Shown: positions 18,770 through 28,737 of the stretch, one piece after another
Layout: each line of letters opens with the position of its first letter
Position numbering within the stretch: the first letter of the stretch is position 1
Source: Candidatus Nanosyncoccus sp.
GTDB lineage: Bacteria > Patescibacteriota > Saccharimonadia > Saccharimonadales > Saccharimonadaceae
Direction: 5' to 3'
DNA: 64,000 nucleotides
Assembly: GCA_045541995.1 (NCBI GenBank)
Contig: JAZQKE010000002.1
Location: 36,399 to 100,398 of the forward strand
Program-made: the position numbers and the translations under genes
Notes under the pieces: model-generated
Seen by the model: the letters and a program-made list of their open reading frames with translations, nothing else
Database searches by the model: none
What the model was told of the DNA's origin: nothing

Positions 18770-20512
18770 ATGTTTAAAGAGCAGTTTCGGTACTTTCGTG
18801 ACTTTATTAAGCTCGTAGATTTTAGCTGGTTTTATTTTGTAGCATCACTACTACTGGCAACGGTATATAGATTAGCAGAAGTTGCTATGCCGGCTATTGC
18901 TGCAATGGTAATTGATGCTCTTACCAAACTTAATCGCCCAGATACATTTTTTTATATTTCAATTTATATGTTCGTCTACTTTATTTATGTGGTCTCATAT
19001 TTTCTTGATTGGCGCGTCTATAGCCGAAGTGTGGCGTATTATTACACTCAGCTACAAGAAAAAATCTTCCAAAAGCTCATCTCAGTAGACAATAATTTTT
19101 ATCACAAGATAAATCGTGGCAGATTATTTAATGTTATTAATTCCGATTTATTTAGCATCGGCGAGGGGAGTGATAATTTAGCAGAATACATAATTACTTT
19201 TGCCCAAATGATTGTGATTGTAATTATCTCACTACGCTGTGATGTTGTGGTAACAATTCTAATGATAGTGTCCACTATGATAGTTACACGGATGCGAACG
19301 GTCCATGATAGAAAATTCAATTTTTACTGGTGGAAGAGTATGGCATTAAACGATAAGTTTAGTGATTTTGTTAATCAAATATTAACAGGGCTTCAGGAGA
19401 TTAAGGTGTTTAACATGTTACCAAGGCTCCATAGTCACCTAGATATCATCCAAAAAAAATATACTAAGTCTTATCTCACCCAAAGAGATCACCTCACTAT
19501 TAGAGACAATGATACGAAATACCTGATTTATGTATTCCGGGCTGCTATTCTTGCGGTTTGTATCGTGATGATGGCGATGGGACACATGGAGATAGATATT
19601 TTAATTATGCTCTATGCTTATCATCAACAAATTATTAACACCGCAAATAAATTCACTGACGTCACTATTGAGAATAGACTTAACGACGCTTCTATAAGAC
19701 GAGTAGCATCCATCCTTAATTATCGCAATAACAATAAGGCAGAGTTTGGCGATGTCATTCTCGATCAAATATCTGGTAAAATTGAACTTAAGAATATTTC
19801 ACTTACTCTTAACCATCATCAAATTATCAAAGATGTCAGCTTCAAAGTCAAGCCTCATGAGTTTGTGGCAATAGTTGGTTATCCAGGCGCCGGCAAGACC
19901 AAGCTCTTTGATTTACTCCTTCGTATCAATCGCCCTACGCATGGAAAAATTTTTCTTGATAATATCAATATTAATGACTTTTCCCCAGAGGTTTATACCT
20001 CAAACGTCGCCGTCGCAAACCAAGTACCATTTATTTTTAACACTAGCATACGTAAGAACCTTAGCCTTGTAGATACTAATATTAAACACCAAATCGAAGC
20101 TTGTAAAACCGCAGGTATACACAACTTTATCGAGAACCTACCGATGGGATACAACACTATCTTGCGCGAGAATGGTGGTAATATTTCTGGTGGACAACGC
20201 CAAATGATATCAATCGCTAGGACTTTGCTTACTGAATCCGAAGTAATCCTGCTAGATGATGTTTCTACGTCACTCGACCCAGACACAGCTAAACTTATAC
20301 CCCGCCTGATTGAACGAATCCGTGGTAAGCGTACCATAATTATGATTACTAAAAAACCAGAGCTTATGAAAATAGCCGACCGCATTATTGTATTGGACCA
20401 CGGCAAAATTGCTGACTCTGGTACTCATGAAAAACTACTCAAGCGCAGTTCACTATACCGCTCCTTACAAACGGTTAAATCGTCAGATGGTTTGGGAGGA
20501 AACACGACATGA
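18770..20512 (+). CDS. ABC exporter half (TMD+NBD), degenerate subunit of a heterodimer
   Basis: Six-TM domain; GYPGAGKT, ISGGQRQ, Walker B ILLDD (no catalytic E), switch ITKK (no His). Confidence 0.9.
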   Translation: MFKEQFRYFRDFIKLVDFSWFYFVASLLLATVYRLAEVAMPAIAAMVIDALTKLNRPDTFFYISIYMFVYFIYVVSYFLDWRVYSRSVAYYYTQLQEKIFQKLISVDNNFYHKINRGRLFNVINSDLFSIGEGSDNLAEYIITFAQMIVIVIISLRCDVVVTILMIVSTMIVTRMRTVHDRKFNFYWWKSMALNDKFSDFVNQILTGLQEIKVFNMLPRLHSHLDIIQKKYTKSYLTQRDHLTIRDNDTKYLIYVFRAAILAVCIVMMAMGHMEIDILIMLYAYHQQIINTANKFTDVTIENRLNDASIRRVASILNYRNNNKAEFGDVILDQISGKIELKNISLTLNHHQIIKDVSFKVKPHEFVAIVGYPGAGKTKLFDLLLRINRPTHGKIFLDNININDFSPEVYTSNVAVANQVPFIFNTSIRKNLSLVDTNIKHQIEACKTAGIHNFIENLPMGYNTILRENGGNISGGQRQMISIARTLLTESEVILLDDVSTSLDPDTAKLIPRLIERIRGKRTIIMITKKPELMKIADRIIVLDHGKIADSGTHEKLLKRSSLYRSLQTVKSSDGLGGNTT

Positions 20513-22209
20513 AATACTACTACACATTACTGAGACGCTTCTTCTCCATGCACGCCACCGATAAAAGGTTAATGCGTAATCTAATCATTACTGCTGTTTT
20601 GCGCACGGCCACTAATCTATCAGTCCCGCTAGTCTCAGCCATGGTAGTGGATGCAGCTACAGATGGTGATTATCGCCGCGCGCTAATTGATGCAGCACTG
20701 TTCGCATTAGTCGCAATTATCTATGTGTTTTTCCATCATCTCAACTACAGAGCATATGCCAAAAACGCACTATTTATCCATAACGCTCTGCAAAGGAAAA
20801 TACTAGACAAAGTTAGCAAGTTAGATCAAGATTACACCAAGAAAATTTCCCATGCTGCCATTGTTAATTCATGCTATAGCGACACAACATCTTGTCAGCG
20901 CATTCCTGATTATCTGTTTGATTTTATTACACAAATTATCGGCATGGCAATAGACGCCGTAATTTTGTTTATCGTTGATCCACTTATTGGCGGAGTCACC
21001 ACAGGCTTAATGATTATTTCGATGGCTGCCTTCGTCCGTCACATGAAAAAACGCGATTACTATAATGAAATCCGCCGTACTCATCAAGACGAGATCAGTA
21101 GCCTATATTCGCAAATCATTGACGGTCACAAAGAAGTGCATACATTTAATTTGCAACAAAAGCTTCACGAGGTGCTCAAAAAGGAAAACAAGGAATGGAA
21201 GAGACTACATCTTAAACAGCGCATGCACAATGATTTAGGACAAGGATTTATCCCAGCTCTACTAGGGCTAGGGCGCATCTTTGCTTATGTCTACGCTGCC
21301 TTCCTTATCCTAAAAGGCGAATACAATGTAGCCACCCTTGTTTTGGTGATTAGCTACTATGAAAATATGAATGAAAAATACGATGATATTTCTACAATTA
21401 TTCTCCAGTTATCAAAAGCCCACGTAGGTATCAACCGCCTATACAAATTCTTCAACTACAAACCGGCTAAACAGACCCAGTTCGGTGAGTATGATAATGA
21501 CTATATTCAAGGGGCAATTTCTTTTAATGATGTCTCTTTCACTTATGGCAGAAAACCGCTGATGCGCGACGTCTCCTTCAATCTTAAGCCGTGCAGCCTC
21601 ACTGGCATCGTTGGTAAATCTGGCTCTGGTAAATCCACCATTTTCCGGTTACTACTGCGACTATACAAGCCAACGCGCGGCAGCATCACCATAGACGGTA
21701 AAAACATCAACAGCTTCAACAAAAAAGTCTATGCCACCAATGTTAGTATTGTTAACCAGAAGCCCTTCGTCTTTGATATGTCCATCAGAGAAAACCTCAA
21801 CATGGTTGACTCAGACGAGGAACACCAGATCGAGGCTTGCAAAAAAGTTGGCATCCATGATTTTATCATGCGCCTAGACAAGGGTTATGATACTGTGCTA
21901 CTGGCGGACGGCAGTAACCTTTCTGCAGGGCACAAGCAGCTTCTCTCTCTTGCTCGCACGTTGCTCAGCAAATCAGAGGTCCTCCTTTTCGACGAGATTA
22001 CATCTACACTTGATGCCGATACTACTAAGCAGATTATCTCAATCCTTAGGAAACTCAAAAAAGACCACACCGTCTTAGTCATTACGCACAAACCAGAAGT
22101 AATGCGCAGTATGGACGAGCTATTGGTTATTGACCAAGGAAGACTGGTTGGTCGCGGCACTCACAAAAATCTCCTACACAACAAATATTACAAACTTTTA
22201 CAAAAGTAG
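20509..22209 (+). CDS. ABC exporter half (TMD+NBD), partner subunit
   Basis: GKSGSGKST, non-canonical signature LSAGHKQ, LLFDE, ITHK; ATGA overlap with the preceding gene. Confidence 0.9.
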   Translation: MKYYYTLLRRFFSMHATDKRLMRNLIITAVLRTATNLSVPLVSAMVVDAATDGDYRRALIDAALFALVAIIYVFFHHLNYRAYAKNALFIHNALQRKILDKVSKLDQDYTKKISHAAIVNSCYSDTTSCQRIPDYLFDFITQIIGMAIDAVILFIVDPLIGGVTTGLMIISMAAFVRHMKKRDYYNEIRRTHQDEISSLYSQIIDGHKEVHTFNLQQKLHEVLKKENKEWKRLHLKQRMHNDLGQGFIPALLGLGRIFAYVYAAFLILKGEYNVATLVLVISYYENMNEKYDDISTIILQLSKAHVGINRLYKFFNYKPAKQTQFGEYDNDYIQGAISFNDVSFTYGRKPLMRDVSFNLKPCSLTGIVGKSGSGKSTIFRLLLRLYKPTRGSITIDGKNINSFNKKVYATNVSIVNQKPFVFDMSIRENLNMVDSDEEHQIEACKKVGIHDFIMRLDKGYDTVLLADGSNLSAGHKQLLSLARTLLSKSEVLLFDEITSTLDADTTKQIISILRKLKKDHTVLVITHKPEVMRSMDELLVIDQGRLVGRGTHKNLLHNKYYKLLQK

Positions 22210-22223
22210 CATATAATATATAT

Positions 22224-22562
22224 ATGCTATCCAAAAAATACCGATTCCATTCTCGTGGCGGCGTCCAGTATACTTATAAGCATGGCAAAACTATCCGCAC
22301 ACCCAAGATTTCCCTTATTCATAATATTAACGATCGGGGATTTCAGCGCTTTGCCGTAGTCGTGTCAAAGAAGGTTAGCAAATCCGCCGTGGGCAGGAAC
22401 CGTATCCGTCGCCGCGTATACGAGGCCATTCGTCTTGAGTTGCCAGAGTTTTCTGCTAAGAAGGATAACATTTTTGTCGTCTACTCAAAAGAGGTTGGCA
22501 GCATGGACTTTTTAGAGCTTCGCACCCTCATCCATTCACTTTTAGAACAGAGTATGGTATAA
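22224..22562 (+). CDS. rnpA: Ribonuclease P protein component
   Basis: RFAVVVSKKVSKSAVGRNRIRRRVYEAIR (RNR motif). Confidence 0.95.
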   Translation: MLSKKYRFHSRGGVQYTYKHGKTIRTPKISLIHNINDRGFQRFAVVVSKKVSKSAVGRNRIRRRVYEAIRLELPEFSAKKDNIFVVYSKEVGSMDFLELRTLIHSLLEQSMV

Positions 22563-22572
22563 TATTCTGTAT

Positions 22573-23664
22573 ATGTTCTGGTTAATTGATACGATTATTG
22601 TTCGTCCAATTGTTAATATTCTTTTTGTAATATATGATTTTGTGGGCGATTTTGGCCTTGCCATCATTATCTTTACTGTGCTGGTCAAGTTAGCCATGTG
22701 GCCTCTTGTCAAACGCCAACTCCATCAGACCAAGCTTATGCGTAAGATCCAGCCAGAGCTAGCTGAGATTAAGAAAAATTGTAAGGGTAACCGCCAGATG
22801 GAATCTCTCCAAATGATGGATCTTTACAAGCGTAATAATATTAAGCCTTTCCGTACCGTTCTTACTACATTGATCCAGTTGCCAATCTTCTTAGCTTTGT
22901 TTATGGCCATCTCCGCCATGGTCAATCCTCGCCCATCTGCTGACACGTGTGGCTATACCAACGTTGCCAACTGTGCTTATGAGCCCGTTCGTAACATGTC
23001 TCGTATTGGCGACCTAGCTAATAAACAGGACAACTACTTTGATGCACTTGCTAAGGCACAGGACAACCAAAATTCAGAAAACAATAACCAAAACGAGCAG
23101 ACTGACCAGCAGAATGCTACGCCAGTATATGAATTTGAACCAAAGCTTTTTGGCACCATAGATCTTTCTGCACATCCAGCAGATATATTCCAGGGTAAAT
23201 TTAATGTTAGTTCAATTATCATTTTCCTCTTTGCCCTTGGCGCATCTTTCCTTCAGTATTTCGCTTCCAAGCAACTCAATCCATCTAATAAGTCAAAGAA
23301 GTCTAAATCGTTCCGCCAGCTTATGAAAGAAGCTGCTGAGGGCGGTAAAGAGCCAGATCAAGCAGAAATCAGCGCCATGGCTACTAGCCGGATGACAGCC
23401 TTCATGCCTATTATGATGTTCTTCATTATGCTCTACCTTCCAGGTGCTCTAGTGTTTTACTATCTCTTATCTACCGGCACCAGTATCGTCCAGCAAAAAA
23501 TTGCCTTAAATCAGGCCGAAAACGAGATGGAGGTCTCAGCTGACAAAGCCGTATTAAAAGAGCTCCGCAAAATCAAAGAAGCCGAAGTTATAGAAAACAA
23601 AAAAACAGGCACAAAAATTACCCGCATCTCCGCAAAGGATAGTAAAAAGAAAAGGAGAAAATAA
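22573..23664 (+). CDS. yidC: Membrane protein insertase YidC/Oxa1
   Basis: DFGLAIIIFTVLVK, QPELAEIK, LYKRNNIKP, LIQLPIFLALF, LPGALVFYY. Confidence 0.95.
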   Translation: MFWLIDTIIVRPIVNILFVIYDFVGDFGLAIIIFTVLVKLAMWPLVKRQLHQTKLMRKIQPELAEIKKNCKGNRQMESLQMMDLYKRNNIKPFRTVLTTLIQLPIFLALFMAISAMVNPRPSADTCGYTNVANCAYEPVRNMSRIGDLANKQDNYFDALAKAQDNQNSENNNQNEQTDQQNATPVYEFEPKLFGTIDLSAHPADIFQGKFNVSSIIIFLFALGASFLQYFASKQLNPSNKSKKSKSFRQLMKEAAEGGKEPDQAEISAMATSRMTAFMPIMMFFIMLYLPGALVFYYLLSTGTSIVQQKIALNQAENEMEVSADKAVLKELRKIKEAEVIENKKTGTKITRISAKDSKKKRRK

Positions 23665-23666
23665 CA

Positions 23667-24131
23667 ATGGACAGAGATGAATCGGTTCGCTTTGCTACAA
23701 AATATCTAGAAGATCTACTCAGCTTCTTCGGTATTAATGTTGCAGTAGATTCAACAATAGACGATGAAGTCATCCAGCTTTCAATACCATCAACATCAAT
23801 AAATTCACTATTAATTGGCAAAAATGCAGATAATCTACGCGCACTACAATTTATAGTTTCACAGTCCCTAGCTGCGCGTAGTGCCGAAGTTACAAGAGTA
23901 AATGTAGACGTTGCTGATTATAAGCGTCAGCGTGCTAATCGTATTGCCGAAAAAGCCGAAGGTTGGATCAAAAAAGTACGCGAGACAGGTCAACCAATGC
24001 GTCTCGATCTTTCTCCTGCAGACCGTCGTGTAGTCCACAAGCTCGCAGAAGATTACTCGGGAATCACCACCCACTCAGAGGGTGAGGGTCGTGAGCGCCA
24101 GCTCGTCATCGAACCAGTCGCAGAAGAGTAA
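23667..24131 (+). CDS. jag: Jag/KhpB-like RNA-binding protein (KH + R3H, lacking Jag_N)
   Basis: LLIGKNADNLRALQ, VNVDVADYKRQR, LSPADRRVVHKL, HSEGEGRER; conserved position after yidC. Confidence 0.85.
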   Translation: MDRDESVRFATKYLEDLLSFFGINVAVDSTIDDEVIQLSIPSTSINSLLIGKNADNLRALQFIVSQSLAARSAEVTRVNVDVADYKRQRANRIAEKAEGWIKKVRETGQPMRLDLSPADRRVVHKLAEDYSGITTHSEGEGRERQLVIEPVAEE

Positions 24132-24200
24132 AGAGCTCGGTTAATTACCCTCAACACTATCAACAGGCCGTCGTCAGAATAATCCTCTCTATAGAGAGGA

Positions 24201-25916
24201 TTATTGATTGCTAGCCTTACTATCTGCACCTACTATAATTATAATATCAGTACCGCTCGTATCGATACCAGCTGGTAAGGAATCGGTAGGAGAGACTTCT
24301 ATGCCATAGCGTTGTTTCAGCTTCTCAACAGACCCAGGTGTCTTGCCAGATATATCATAAAGATAATACTTGGAAGGATAGCTACCATCAGGAGCGTTTC
24401 CAGTATCAGTGTTAGAGAATCCATCAGTTACAAGCTTAGCCTGCTCGCTGTTGGCAGCGCCAGTTACGCCGGATCCATTAAGCACAAGTATTTGAGCATT
24501 TTCGCGGATTGCTGGGTCGCTAGATATTAGCCTTTGTACGTATTTCTGGATGTCAGCATAATTTTTCACGCCGGCAGTTGGCACTACGTAGGAGATGCCA
24601 TTCATATCAGCATTAGTTAGGTATATTATGTTGTTATCATAATCTATCAAAGGAATTTGACGAACATTTGCAAGGGAAATATCTTTAGCAATATAGAATA
24701 CAGCCTTTATTTCATCGAGGCTAAAGTTAGAGCGGACGTTGTCTCCCACAGCATCAACAATATTGAGCATCGATCCCAGATCAAGACCGCCAGTAAGCAG
24801 CTTGTCTTGCAGGCCAGCCAGAATCTTTTGTTGGCTATTTGCTCGAGAGAAGTCGCCCATCTCTGTGCCGTGTCTTGCGCGAGCTAAGGCTACAGCATTC
24901 CAGCCGTTTAGCTGAGTTGGCTCGCCAGCTTTGATATAAATGCCTGTCCAGTCGTCTTCAATATCTTCATCAAGAGTTACGGTGATTCCGCCAACACCAT
25001 CTACTACCTGCATCAATGCACCCCAGTTGACATGTGCCCAATACTGAATATCAACATCAAATATATTACTGATAGTATGCATCAAGGCCTCTGCACCACC
25101 CTGCTCATCATTACCATCAATATTCGAACAGTAATAAACTTCGTTGACTTTACCAGTAGAAGTACAAGTGTTTCCAACATATAGATCTCTCGGCAGGCTC
25201 ACCATTGCTACGTCACCAGTCTTCTGATCTAACGATACTAACATAACAGAATCTGTCAGCTGAGCACCCTCATGCTCCTCGCCATCAATTCCAGTGCCTT
25301 TCATGTCGAAGCCGGAAGTACCAAATAGCAAGATATTCGTACGGCCATTTTTATCGGTTTTGAGGTCTACGTGGCTAGTCATGGCTCCAATTAAATCAAA
25401 CAGACCAGACTTGCCACCAGTAAGCTTAGCAATCAGCGCATTGCCCCATATCGCAAAAGCACCACCAGCGATTAAAATAATAGCCCCAATAATAATCAAA
25501 GCACGCTTTAGTTTCTTATGCTTCTTTTTGCCAATTTTTTTGCCTGGACGCGGAGAATTGCCGGAAAAATCGCGTTTTTTGAGACTATAATCGGGCTTCA
25601 ACTCCTTTGAGCTGAGATCAAATTCAAGGGTGGAAACAGGTTTTAGAAAATCCTGGTTGGCCTTAAGGCGAGCCTTTTCTTTTATGGCGCCTTTTTGGGA
25701 TAAGCCAAAGCTAGACGCTGCTCTTTTTGTAGATATTTGTTTTCCCACGGACGTTGGCTGAGAGCCAATAGAAACTCTTTTCGCAGAGCCAGATTGCACT
25801 TTGCGAATCCTGATGGATTCTCCCTTTCCTGCACCACCAAAACCAACAGCTCTCTCAGAAGAGTCTATACTACGCGTACGCATTCCATCAATTGTCCTCG
25901 CAGTTTTTGCAACCAT
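24201..25916 (-). CDS. LCP (LytR-CpsA-Psr) glycopolymer transferase with C-terminal LytR_C domain
   Basis: TM; RTNILLFG, LTDSVMLVS, SLPRDLYV, VDGVGGITV, ARARHG..GDFSRANSQQ; QILVLNGSGVTGAA. Start 25916 preferred over 25922 from the -10 spacing. Confidence 0.9.
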   Translation of the reverse strand: MVAKTARTIDGMRTRSIDSSERAVGFGGAGKGESIRIRKVQSGSAKRVSIGSQPTSVGKQISTKRAASSFGLSQKGAIKEKARLKANQDFLKPVSTLEFDLSSKELKPDYSLKKRDFSGNSPRPGKKIGKKKHKKLKRALIIIGAIILIAGGAFAIWGNALIAKLTGGKSGLFDLIGAMTSHVDLKTDKNGRTNILLFGTSGFDMKGTGIDGEEHEGAQLTDSVMLVSLDQKTGDVAMVSLPRDLYVGNTCTSTGKVNEVYYCSNIDGNDEQGGAEALMHTISNIFDVDIQYWAHVNWGALMQVVDGVGGITVTLDEDIEDDWTGIYIKAGEPTQLNGWNAVALARARHGTEMGDFSRANSQQKILAGLQDKLLTGGLDLGSMLNIVDAVGDNVRSNFSLDEIKAVFYIAKDISLANVRQIPLIDYDNNIIYLTNADMNGISYVVPTAGVKNYADIQKYVQRLISSDPAIRENAQILVLNGSGVTGAANSEQAKLVTDGFSNTDTGNAPDGSYPSKYYLYDISGKTPGSVEKLKQRYGIEVSPTDSLPAGIDTSGTDIIIIVGADSKASNQ

Positions 25917-25943
25917 TACCATTTATTATAACACGAGCGGCAT

Positions 25944-25960
25944 AAAAAAGCTGCTTTTTT
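25944..25960. promoter_or_regulatory. Perfect palindrome AAAAAAGC-T-GCTTTTTT between the divergent lcp and lexA-like promoters (candidate operator)
   Basis: 8-bp inverted repeat abutting TGATATAAT (25960-25968) and 11 bp from the opposite-strand TGTTATAAT (25925-25933). Confidence 0.4.
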
Positions 25961-25977
25961 GATATAATAATAGTAAT

Positions 25978-26304
25978 ATGGGTATTAAATTAACTAAAAA
26001 ACAGTCTTTGGTATACGATTATATTGCAGAGTACGTGAAAAACAATGGCACGTCTCCTACCTACAGAGAAATCTGCGCGGGCCTAGGACTTTCCTCAGTC
26101 TCAGCAGTAGCCGAACATATCGATAATCTCATTACTCTGGGTGCACTCAAAAAATCCCCAAAATCTGCTCGCTCTCTAGAGGTGGTGGATATTACTTTTC
26201 CTGAGACCACTGCACTATTTCGTCAAAAGATGGCTACAGCTACCGAAGAGGAACTTGAAACTCTACGCAAAGCCGCTATAATATTGGATATTAATTTATC
26301 ATGA
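25978..26304 (+). CDS. LexA-type winged-helix DNA-binding protein lacking the S24 autoprotease domain
   Basis: LTKKQSLVYDYI...GTSPTYREICAGLGLSSVSAVAEHIDNL..LGALKK.PKSARSLEV; only 108 aa, no Ala-Gly cleavage site. Confidence 0.85.
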   Translation: MGIKLTKKQSLVYDYIAEYVKNNGTSPTYREICAGLGLSSVSAVAEHIDNLITLGALKKSPKSARSLEVVDITFPETTALFRQKMATATEEELETLRKAAIILDINLS

Positions 26305-27473
26305 GTGATTTTGATTACCTATCAGAGAAGGATATTTATTTAGATTCTGCCTGCCAATCATTGCGCCCGCAGCCAGTGATTGATGTGCTAAACGATTATT
26401 ATAATAAGCACAATTCATGCGGAGAGAGGGTTAAATATGATTGGGGACGCATCACTGATGAAAAAGTTGCTGCAACCAGACATAAAATACTCAAATATCT
26501 TAAACTTAGCCCCCGCAAATATTTTGTTTCTTTCACCCTTAATACAACGTATGGCATTAATCTATTATTGTCTCAGATTGACACCAAAAAGGCCGGAATA
26601 ACCAGTGTCGTCACTTCCGATATTGAGCACAACTCCCCCTTTCTCGCCACCATTAGCTGTGCTAAACAGAATAATATCCCAAGAAAGGTTATCACAAGGG
26701 AAAATGACGGTTCAATTTTGCCAGATCGGATTCCAGATCACGCTCTTGTCGTAGTCAACTGCACATCCAATATTGATGGCCGGCTCCTGGTAAATATCAA
26801 AGAAGTTGTCAAGAAGGTGCACAAATCCAATGGTTATATTATTATAGACGCCGCCCAAGCCCTAGCACACTCGTCTGAATTATTACACAAGACTGAGGCG
26901 GATGCTATCTGCTTCTCCGCGCACAAAATGTATGCACCCTCCCTTGGTGGTATTATTATTCGGCGAGATTTCGCCAAATTAATAGAGCCAACATTCATTG
27001 GTGGCGGCATGGTAGATGACGTTGATAAGGATACATACCTCCTCTCCAAAGACAATTCGGAACATACATACACGCAATTTGAGCCAGGCCTACAAGCGTG
27101 GGGCGAAATAATCGCCTTAGGAGGTGCGATTGACTGGCTAAATAGTCGTACTAAGGAAGATAAGTTAATGCTTCGTTCTAATGCCGAGAGGTTATTTAAT
27201 TTCCTTAAACAGCAAAAGCATCTTCACCTTATTAATGAGACGCCATCTACCACTATGTCATTTTATGTTGACAAAAAGGAAGTTGGCTTTGATAGCCACA
27301 CCCTAGGCGCTGCGCTTGCGGATGAGGGTATAATGGCGCGCACAGGCTATTTCTGTGTACATTATTACCTCGATCACGTCAAACATTATCCACCCTTAAT
27401 CCGCTTTTCTCTGGGTTACCATACTCGCCCCGAGGATATTGATAAGGTAATTGCCGCTCTAGAAAAAATTTAA
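26301..27473 (+). CDS. Aminotransferase class V / SufS-like cysteine desulfurase
   Basis: YLDSACQSLRP, IIDAAQ, FSAHKMY (PLP Lys), ARTGYFCVH (resembles the group II RxGHHCA motif); ATGA overlap. Confidence 0.85.
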   Translation: MSDFDYLSEKDIYLDSACQSLRPQPVIDVLNDYYNKHNSCGERVKYDWGRITDEKVAATRHKILKYLKLSPRKYFVSFTLNTTYGINLLLSQIDTKKAGITSVVTSDIEHNSPFLATISCAKQNNIPRKVITRENDGSILPDRIPDHALVVVNCTSNIDGRLLVNIKEVVKKVHKSNGYIIIDAAQALAHSSELLHKTEADAICFSAHKMYAPSLGGIIIRRDFAKLIEPTFIGGGMVDDVDKDTYLLSKDNSEHTYTQFEPGLQAWGEIIALGGAIDWLNSRTKEDKLMLRSNAERLFNFLKQQKHLHLINETPSTTMSFYVDKKEVGFDSHTLGAALADEGIMARTGYFCVHYYLDHVKHYPPLIRFSLGYHTRPEDIDKVIAALEKI

Positions 27474-27490
27474 TATGCTACAATATACAT

Positions 27491-28654
27491 ATGGTTTGTG
27501 TTGCAGCATTTATTATCCTAGTACTTGTGGGCGTTGCCGCCGCACTAATTTCTATCTTTAACCGCGATTTTGGACGCAAATATCTAGCTGTTCTCAAAAA
27601 ATCATTTCATTGTTTCGGTAAACGCGTCCGTCTCCAAAAATGCGACACTAATTTCTCTGAGGATGTAAAAACTACCTTACTTAAAAAAGTAGTCATCAAA
27701 AAGCCAAAACTAGTCAAGCCGTTATCTTATCTTATTGAATTTTTCTCGGCAATATTAATTATTGTCACAATTTGGTCTATTATCGAAGCCGCAAAAGCAG
27801 GACTTGCGCTGTGGGTCTTTGGCACCTGCAATGTTTCTCAACCAAGTAATTGTGCGCTCGGAGCGGAGTCCTGTAGTATAGAGGAAACTAACCTCAACTG
27901 GTTTACTGAGTGGGGAGAAATTTTCAGCAACATCCCAGATCGCATTCGCGACTGGGACGCATCTGCCTACATTAATCGCGATAATGGCTTTACCCCTGCA
28001 TTTGTGTTAGGCAGTAATTCAAAATCATCTGATACGTCTGTCAACTCCAATTATATTGATCCTACAATTAATGCAATTGAGATCATCGATCCGGGATGTT
28101 CTGTATGTCTACAGTCTTATAAGAACATCACCTCTAATAATAGCTTTATGAGCAATCACGCTACGGCCTTTATCATTTACCCGATTACTAACCCTAACGG
28201 CGAGCTCCGCTTCAAGAATTCCGAGATAATCACTCGCTATATATATGCAACTAATATCCAGCAGCAAAAGGTTTACACAGAATTTGCCGGTAAACCAGGC
28301 TCCAGTAATTCTAAAACGGATATTTCTCTAGACGAGCAAAGAGATATTCTATATGGTTACTCGCAGAAAATTATTAACCGTATTTTTACGGAGTACAATT
28401 CTGACGGTATTATTTATCAAAATGTCTTCAACGAGCAATTCACAGGTGACCAAGCAGGCTCTCTACTGGACGAGTGGCTGACTGAGTGGGGAATGACAAA
28501 AGACGAACTATCCCAGGTCCATTCAGAGCTCTATTCCGAAACAGTGGAGACTATTCTTCGCCAAAACAATGAGATAATCAACAAAGAGATTCGTCCAAAA
28601 GGTATCCCTACCATGATCTATGATGGTAAAAAACACCTCGGACTTTTTAAATAA
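27491..28654 (+). CDS. Membrane protein with C-terminal thioredoxin/DsbA-like domain
   Basis: Two to three TM segments, Cys cluster, IIDPGCSVC (CxxC) and KGIPTMIYDGK (cis-Pro loop). Confidence 0.6.
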   Translation: MVCVAAFIILVLVGVAAALISIFNRDFGRKYLAVLKKSFHCFGKRVRLQKCDTNFSEDVKTTLLKKVVIKKPKLVKPLSYLIEFFSAILIIVTIWSIIEAAKAGLALWVFGTCNVSQPSNCALGAESCSIEETNLNWFTEWGEIFSNIPDRIRDWDASAYINRDNGFTPAFVLGSNSKSSDTSVNSNYIDPTINAIEIIDPGCSVCLQSYKNITSNNSFMSNHATAFIIYPITNPNGELRFKNSEIITRYIYATNIQQQKVYTEFAGKPGSSNSKTDISLDEQRDILYGYSQKIINRIFTEYNSDGIIYQNVFNEQFTGDQAGSLLDEWLTEWGMTKDELSQVHSELYSETVETILRQNNEIINKEIRPKGIPTMIYDGKKHLGLFK

Positions 28655-28670
28655 GCGAATGACTCTGCCG

Positions 28671-28698
28671 TTGACAAGCGCTACTAGCAAGCTAAAAT
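28671..28698 (+). promoter_or_regulatory. Sigma70-type promoter
   Basis: TTGACA-16 nt-TAAAAT upstream of 28738. Confidence 0.5.
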
Positions 28699-28737
28699 TA
28701 ACTTGAACTTTTTCCTAATATATGATAAAAATAAAGT

